Origin: Marsupella aquatica
Taxonomy: Eukaryota > Plantae > Marchantiophyta
Assembly (NCBI GenBank): GCA_973895155.1
Contig: OZ316891.1
Location: forward strand, 24,241,899-24,305,898
Length of the DNA: 64,000 bases
Direction of reading: 5' to 3'
The notes under the pieces are model-generated. The model was not told where the DNA came from, did not search any database, and saw only the letters and a program-made list of their open reading frames with translations. Shown here piece by piece: positions 57,091-64,000 of this stretch. Within the stretch, counting starts at the first letter, position 1, and every line of letters begins with the position of its first letter. Both the position numbers and the translations under genes were made by a program.

Positions 57091-60000
57091 TCAGGCCGGT
57101 TTAACCTGTCCGGGAATATCGTAATCCGGTTCAACCTGTCTGGGAATATCGGAATCCGGTTCAACCTGTTCGGGTATGACGGAATCCGGTTCAGCCGGTT
57201 CTCCCGTGTTTTCCGGTTGGGTATAACACTCCTCCTGGCTTCTATCCTGAATACCAATAACTTGATGCTTCTTCATATCTGAAGGTGACAAGGGGTTAGG
57301 TTCATCAAATTCAAAAATATCAAGGAATTGAACTTGGTCTCCCCTTTTCTTAATCAGCCTCTTAGATTGCTTTTGAATTGGCTCATCTTCATCTGATGTT
57401 GACGTCGTCGAATTGGAGGTATATCCTTCATCTGCATCTGTTTCTCCAAAATGTGGTTCGTCCTCCCAACTAATGGTCACACTAGGTTTACCGAAAGTAA
57501 ATTGTTTGGCATGCCAATTCACTTTGACTCGTGCGTAATAGAGCCATGGACGCCCCAACAGAATTGGGAATGTTGATGGAGTGGAAGGTCTCAGAATCAT
57601 ATAATCCAAAGGAAATTCCTTTCCCCCAATGACTGTTGGTATCTTCTCCAATATCCCTATTGGGGTTACTCTGGTCTGATCTGCCATCCTCAAAATGCGA
57701 GGGGTGGGTTTGAAGGACGTATATCCTAGATCAAATGTTGTCTGTTCTGTCATGATGTTGACACTGGATCCTCCATCCACCGGTACTCGATTTAAAATAC
57801 ATCCATCAATTTGAATCTCAATTTCTGGTGGTCCATGATCTACACATTCAATCTTCCATAATCCATCAATCTCCACCTCAGGCAATTTGTAAGGTCTCTT
57901 CCGAGAAGCCACAAGGGTTCTCATTTGCTTCCGGAATTGTGCATTGGTTCGTAATAATTCTCCAATAGTGATGTTGGCTTTGAGGTTACTTACATCATCC
58001 ACAATATCATAACCTCCCTGTCTTCCGTCAATCTTTAATTTCAGAGGATCCATTTTGAATGTTACCTTCTTCTCAGGCTCTTTGGCATTCAAATTCTCAG
58101 GCTCTGTCCCCTTATTTCGCCCCTTATTCATTTCGCTTGCAATGATCTCTTTCACTTCCTTGGATATATCAGGCAAGAAATATTTTGGGTCATTCCGGTC
58201 AAACAGGCTCGTCTCATCCACCTCAGTTTTTCTTTTGGTTTCCTTGGTCCTGTCTGGCTCCTTCCTCTGTTTCTTCTTTTCCGAGTGAGTGGTCACTTCC
58301 TCTTTTCAAGACTGAGACCGAGTTGCTGCAAACACATTCAAAATCCTGTCACGATTTCTAACCTGGGTATTGGGTTGATCATGTTCTTCCTTCTTAATCA
58401 AATTTTTGTGGTAAGTGTCAAAAGTAACTCCAGACAAGGCACCCAACTGAATAACTGGATGTTTTTCCTCTGCCACACACCTTACATCCTCCTGTACCTT
58501 CGTTCTCACCAATCTACATTGGTCAATCTCCTCCTCCTCATAAAAAACCATTCGTACTGCTGGTTCCGGTTGGGGGGTCTCTTTAACCGGGTCCTTCACA
58601 TATCTAACAAGCATCTTGGGCTTCTTTGGCTCGGGGCACTCTACAGGTAGATGGCCTCCCTTCCCACAATTTCCGCATAAGGGTTCATAACCTAAATCCC
58701 TCTTAGGCCACGGACAAGATGGAGAAAAGTGGTCTTTGGCACCACAATTCCAACAAACACCTCTGGTCAACTGGCTTCTAGGTGGGTAACCTCCAGGAGG
58801 AGCCATAGGCGGTTTATATGTTGGTCTATTAGTGCTGGGGTGCGAGACTGGAGTTGTCGGTGGAAAATATTGGACTGGCCCTACACCACTAGTCCCTGGT
58901 CCGGATTGCACCTGATAAATATTATCAGGGTAATATGTAGGGTATGCAGGGTCTTCTCCTTCCTCATATTCCCCATTGGTTACATAACTTACTGACTTCA
59001 GAAAAGGACACTCTTGTGGATAATGACCCATCTTCCGACATACTGTGCACCACACAGTTGATCTCTGGGGGGTGGGTTGTCGTCTAGGCGGTCTGGCTGA
59101 AGCAACATGCACAGAAAGGTTCTTCATTTCCTTGGTGAGACTCGCTATTTGATCTGCCACTTTCCCATCTTTCTTTTTAACAATAACAACTTTCTTTTTC
59201 TTCGTCCTATTTTTACTCTTTTCGTCGTCCGTTGAGGATTCTGAATCACTTGAGGAGGTAGAGGAAGATGAGGTACTGCTCTTAGTTGTTGTAGAACTCC
59301 CAGAAGAAGATGAAGACGAGGAGTCACGGTCTTTCTTAGCTTTCCTCTTATTTTTCTTATTTTTCTTCTTACTGTCCTTCCTTAATTCTTTTAACAAATT
59401 CTTCCTTTGAGAAAGCTCGGAGTCAATATATGCTTGGGCAACTTCATAGGCCTCCTCTAGTGTTGTAGGATTATGTTGTCTAACAAATGCATTTAACTTG
59501 TATAAAGTCCCTGGATGAACCATTCTTTGGTCATGTTGGCTGGTGGTGCGGGTGCAACTTTCTTAGCCAACTTGGTGACTTTCTGTAGATATGTTCGTAA
59601 AGACTCACCTCTTTTCATTGTTACAAAGCTGAGTCGAGTGAACGCTCTTGATGTAGCTCCCTCCTCACGGAAAACCTTAAGAAATTCTGTCTTAACGTTT
59701 GGCCAATTGGCCTTGTCCGCAAGTCCAGAGTGCCAAGTTCTTGCCTCTCCTTTCATCAAACCTCCAAATATTTTGGCTTTAAGATCCGGTGCATCATCCC
59801 CATTGGAGGTTGCCACCGCTTCAAAGTCATCCATCCAAGTTTCTGCATCCTCCTTCCTGCCACGAAAATTCTGGTACCGTACTCTCGAACGACTAGCCAT
59901 ACTTGCTGTTTGAATCTTATTAAAAGTAGGTGGGGTAATGGGCGGAACAGGTATTATGGTAGGTGATGTTGACAAGGAATTATTGGGCACCACAAGTTTT

Positions 60001-60659
60001 TGATTGGGTGAGTTATCTGATTCGGAAGTGTTCTGACTGCTGGACTCCCCTCCTGTATCAGTCGTGGTATTCCTGTATACCTCTTCTTGCCAGTCAACAC
60101 CCTCTTCCCTTAATTGTTCTGGCGAGTCAAAGAATTCCTCAGGTGTAGTGTGAGCCAGGGTGGTTTCCCATGGGCTAACTTTAGAGGGCGGAGGTGACAA
60201 TACGTGATCTTCACTCAATACTTCTGGCTCTCGGCCTTCATTTGGGCTTTGTTCTGAAATTTCTGATTCCCTTGTTTCAGCAACAACCAAAATTATTTCA
60301 TGTTCCACAACCTTTTTCTCATTAGAAATACCATAAGCTGTAAACCCAGGTGACCCTGTGGTTATGTCTCCGTCTAGGCTAGTGGATCTCCTTAATGTGT
60401 TACCTCGCAGCTTTCGTGCTTTTCTAGGAATTATCTCCTTAGGTCCCGAGCGCAAGTTAACAAACAATGGTCTGCTAGCAGACGGCTTTTCCAATGTGCC
60501 ACTTCCCTCCTGTTGCTGTAAGATTGACACCCGATTTGTGATGTTCCCAGGAGCTGGAAATTTTGGTGAGTGGAATTCGTTAATCAATTCTGGAGACTCT
60601 AATGGTTTGTCAGGAAATCCTTCCCTCTTCTTCCAAATGTGTTTATTCTTATCAGTCAT
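57091..60659 (-). pseudogene. gag: Gypsy-C gag-protease, two frameshifts
   Basis: ORFs 60659-59493, 59523-58306 and 58296-57091; gag core, three CCHC knuckles, VPVDGGSSVN protease. Confidence 0.9.
57094..57200 (-). repeat. 30-bp coding tandem repeat (QVEPDSDIPx, about 3.5 copies) in the PR-RT linker
   Basis: ATCCGGTTCAACCTG repeated at 30-bp spacing. Confidence 0.85.
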
Positions 60660-61259
60660 TCCTCATGATGGTTCCAAAGGTTAGATTGGGAACGGGTATT
60701 CCTTGATCATGTAACTTGTTGTCCCTTCAGAACCCCTACAGGCACGTCCTTTGAGGGCCTTAGTGCCTTTAAAAGTCACAACGATTCCCCTAATACGACA
60801 CGGGTAGATGCAACGGGTTCCATCGTTTTGTTAGGAATTGGCCGGTTCAGCCGGGTGTCCTTATTTATTTCCGGTTCAGCCGGTTGGTTATGTATCCCTC
60901 CTGAATCCGGTTCAACCGGATTTTTACCGGCCTCGACCTCTATTCCTTCTTAATGAAGCCCTGCTTAATTCTGGGATGGATATTACCATGTAATGTTCCC
61001 CCGTAATTCTTCCATTAAGTCTTAGGACCACCAAATGAAGATCAGCACCTTCCCACCATGTAATGGAAATTATGTGTATTCCTTGTCTCCCTCGTCTAAT
61101 TAGAGTCCTGGTCTGGTTTGAAGCATTCCGCAAGTTACTTACTCTGAATGAACCTAAGGATCTATGGGGAGGCATGACTAAAAGTTCACCCTAGCAATTG
61201 GCATGAAACTCCTCCAAGTATTCAATAAGCTCTTGATGTTAGGATTTCACAAATGCTTC

Positions 61260-62144
61260 TCAATTGTCCCATACATCATCAATATATATTAATGGCCGTG
61301 GCTCTCGGTACCCATTAAGTAAATTTTCCAAACAGTCTAAGGCATCAACCCATGGGGCCTCCATCTCATGCAATTTGTCTAAGGTTCCTTTGAATCGTTC
61401 CTCCTCTTCTCGAGAAGCTAGTATGCTTGGCTGCTTATTCTTTTTAAGCAAAAATTCCAGATCATTTTCTTCTGCTATTGGGAGTATCCTCACTCTTCCG
61501 GTCCATTCCCTTTTTAAAACAATTACATTGACTAAGTTCTCCACGTGTGATAAATCTTTTGTCCACTTGAAATTATTTGTTCTATCTTCAAGATCCTTCC
61601 ATTTTACCACAAGCCATCCTTCTTTACAAAGAACTGTAAGCAGTTCAATAAGACGGTTTCTATCAGGAGTCATCACAGGTCTCTCCCCCTGCAGCAATGT
61701 GTTCGAATTTCTGTAAAATCCATATAGTACCTCATCAAGTCTGGTTCTCCAATTCGGGTCTCCCTTCAGGCTTTGTAAATCTGATTCCAATTCTTGCTCC
61801 AATTTTGGTTCCAAAATTTCTTCTTCAATCTGGTTTTGAGTTAAAATTGTTGGTATACATTCCAACTCAAAATCTTTATCCCAAGTGGCCTCCTGCAATG
61901 TCAAATGACCATTTACAGAGTTTCTAAATATAAGAACACAATCATAGAAGATGTTGGTGTCCCAAGATGGTGTCTTCACCAAATCTCTACACCAAAAGTA
62001 CCCCGTAACTCCAGCTTCTTCCTTGCCCTGTTTTAAGATTGAGGCTCTTCCAGAGTTACAACTGCTCTTAATGGTGTGTGTTTGGGTTTCCCTTGATAGG
62101 ATTTGAGCACGTTCTCTTTTCCCAGGTCTATGTCGTCTCACCAT
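61260..62144 (-). CDS. Gypsy-C 5' extra ORF upstream of gag (294 aa, unknown function)
   Basis: ATG-initiated open frame between PBS and gag in sense orientation, globular composition. Confidence 0.6.
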   Translation of the reverse strand: MVRRHRPGKRERAQILSRETQTHTIKSSCNSGRASILKQGKEEAGVTGYFWCRDLVKTPSWDTNIFYDCVLIFRNSVNGHLTLQEATWDKDFELECIPTILTQNQIEEEILEPKLEQELESDLQSLKGDPNWRTRLDEVLYGFYRNSNTLLQGERPVMTPDRNRLIELLTVLCKEGWLVVKWKDLEDRTNNFKWTKDLSHVENLVNVIVLKREWTGRVRILPIAEENDLEFLLKKNKQPSILASREEEERFKGTLDKLHEMEAPWVDALDCLENLLNGYREPRPLIYIDDVWDN

Positions 62145-62779
62145 TGGTGAAGCTTCCTGAATCCTTCAAATCGACTGGCTCTAATTTCATGCTCCGTCCT
62201 TCCTTGATCCTTCTCCTTGTACATGATTGACCATTCTAATTAATCTCCTATGTATTCTCCTTTCCGAGCCTTCTTCCACAAATGTCCAATCTTCCAAATT
62301 TGTAATAAGAGTCGGCAGAATTGCCCTTGGTGCATTAACCATGCAGAATGGTATCATCCCAAATGCAAAAGCTTGTCCAAAGTTGAGTGTTTGAGGGGGA
62401 GTAGTACCATCAATACTTCCTTGATTAAATGCCGATTGGAATGAGTTAAGAGGATCCATAATCAACAAACCTTCAATCTCACTGATGTTGAAATGTTAAT
62501 CCCCACTCCTATAATCTTCCTTTCCAACAAATGCCTTATGCATCCCTGAAGGGGGTTGAGAGATCATGGAGGGTTGGGCATAACACCCCTTCATATCTCA
62601 AGAAGGTCATTCTTTTGGCACCTTTTGCCTTTCTTCCTAGAATCCGAGAAGACTTGGGTTAGGTGATGATTTCCTCACAAGAGTTTCTTGCAAGAATTCC
62701 TCTCCCACGTCAAGGTCCATTCTTCTCCTTCTGGCATTAACGTCCCTTTCTTCTCTAAATCTTTCGGGTCTCAGGTCAC

Positions 62780-62797
62780 TCCCCGGCAGCGGCGCCA
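62780..62797 (-). promoter_or_regulatory. Gypsy-C PBS, tRNA-Asp (Athila-type) TGGCGCCGCTGCCGGGGA
   Basis: Three nt inside the LTR; one mismatch to the canonical TGGCGCCGTTGCCGGGGA. Confidence 0.88.
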
Positions 62798-62800
62798 AAA

Positions 62801-64000
62801 TGTAGAGTAGGGTTTAGAGTAAGAATAACTATTCTTCTCTTTAATAGCCTAGATTCGTTCCCGTTAAGAGCTATTGAGACCTAAAAGATTGTAATATGAT
62901 ACTTTGAGTACTTTTGAGTAACATACTCAGGTTACAAGCCTTTTTAACATGCTCAGGTTTATGGAAGGAATTTTATGATACTTCCATGAAAGGTATGACG
63001 TTTGTATCATCCATAGTGCAATCAAAAGGGGGTAAAAAGTGTTAAACAAAACCAAAAGCCAGCGGCGTGAAAACTGATAGAAGGTGAGTTATAGATGGAA
63101 ATACACCTTATCACTACATAGTAACTCATGACCAGCGGTAGTACATTAAGAATCATCGGTGTAAAAACTCATGTAAAACTGATGCCTACATATCTTCTTC
63201 AAACCCGCCATCTTTAGAAAATTATAAAAGATCAGCATAAGGTAGCCCGTATTGATTTTCTGACCTATGTCAAAGCAAGGTGGTACTAATCACTCCGAAC
63301 CAACTTATTCTTTTATTCAATCCATCAGATTGCTCTTTTGGATCTATGCAATTTGTGGAATTCTAGTGGTGAATTTGCATCAGCTCCTCATTGAATACAA
63401 GAACTCTATAGTCAACACGAATCAATAGGCTTTTGCATGATCTCATGCATGCGTTTCCAGTCAGCCTATGGGTCAACCAAGCATTACTAGTCACATCAAA
63501 CAGCTTTTTCTAGTAAAGGATAGTCACACACTAAGATTGAATCACAAACCATAGATTACCAAAGATTACTAAAATAGACTTCTCATTGATTTATTACTTC
63601 AAAGAGAAGGAGACTTAAAGTTGAAAGCTAATTTCATGAAAGTCATATTAAGTCTGAGGTTCAAGGAAGAATCTCTCCCTTATATATAAGAGAGATCCGC
63701 TTGAAAAACTAGATGAAAAGACATGCCTTTTCATTATGTAAAAACTAATAAGGTTAACTAGATAAAAATAACTATACTGTGTGAAAGAGGAGGTCATATC
63801 ACTTCCTTCCTTTCTTACAAAACATGGAAAATGGTCGGAACAAAGGCGGAAATCAAATTTCCGGTTAAACCTTCTTTTGAATATAAATTCCGGTTGAACC
63901 TGTTTTTACAGAATCCGGTTCATCCGTCTTGGTGTTTAACTATGGCTTCAGGAATTTCTGGCTCTTCAGGAATCTCTGGAGTGATAGTGGGAGTAGGTGC
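62801..64000 (-). repeat. Gypsy-C 5' LTR (partial, runs off window)
   Basis: Near-identical to 50604-51804 (I see one substitution and one 1-bp indel). Confidence 0.96.

Larger units (their letters stand above)
50604..64000 (-). mobile_element. Ty3/gypsy Athila-like element Gypsy-C (continues off the right edge)
   Basis: Direct repeats starting at 50604 and 62801, tRNA-Asp-type PBS, PPT, gag-PR-RT-RH-INT. Confidence 0.95.

Noticed and set aside
62775-62800. tRNA genes at 62780, 45426, 37585 and 1412
   Set aside because: Only 14-18 nt matches next to LTR ends; these are primer-binding sites, not cloverleafs.

Overview
Eukaryotic (land-plant-type) repeat-rich DNA made almost entirely of nested transposable elements; I recognise no ordinary host gene, tRNA, rRNA or CRISPR array. 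From left to right: the 5' end of a Ty1/copia element (half-tRNA-Ile PBS); a decayed Sola/DUF7869-like DNA transposon gene split by a 4.7-kb solo LTR; a degenerate Ty3/gypsy element (Gypsy-B) carrying a 159-bp solo LTR and a complete 18.1-kb CACTA transposon; and a second copia element interrupted by a near-intact gypsy (Gypsy-A, 37906-50075, TSD CATAC) and by a third gypsy (Gypsy-C, 50604 to beyond 64000). The CACTA element has TnpD and TnpA genes, a 465-bp tandem array and a cargo gene with an RNase H1/caulimovirus hybrid-binding domain. Main candidate novelty: all three gypsy families have very long (3.5-4.7 kb) LTRs that contain a whole extra protein-coding gene (about 570-1050 aa) downstream of the PPT, so even a solo LTR deposits a gene. 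Gypsy-A also has a plant-virus-type -1 frameshift cassette (G_GAU_UUU plus a pseudoknot) placed between protease and RT. Domain names come from motif recognition by eye, not from database searches.
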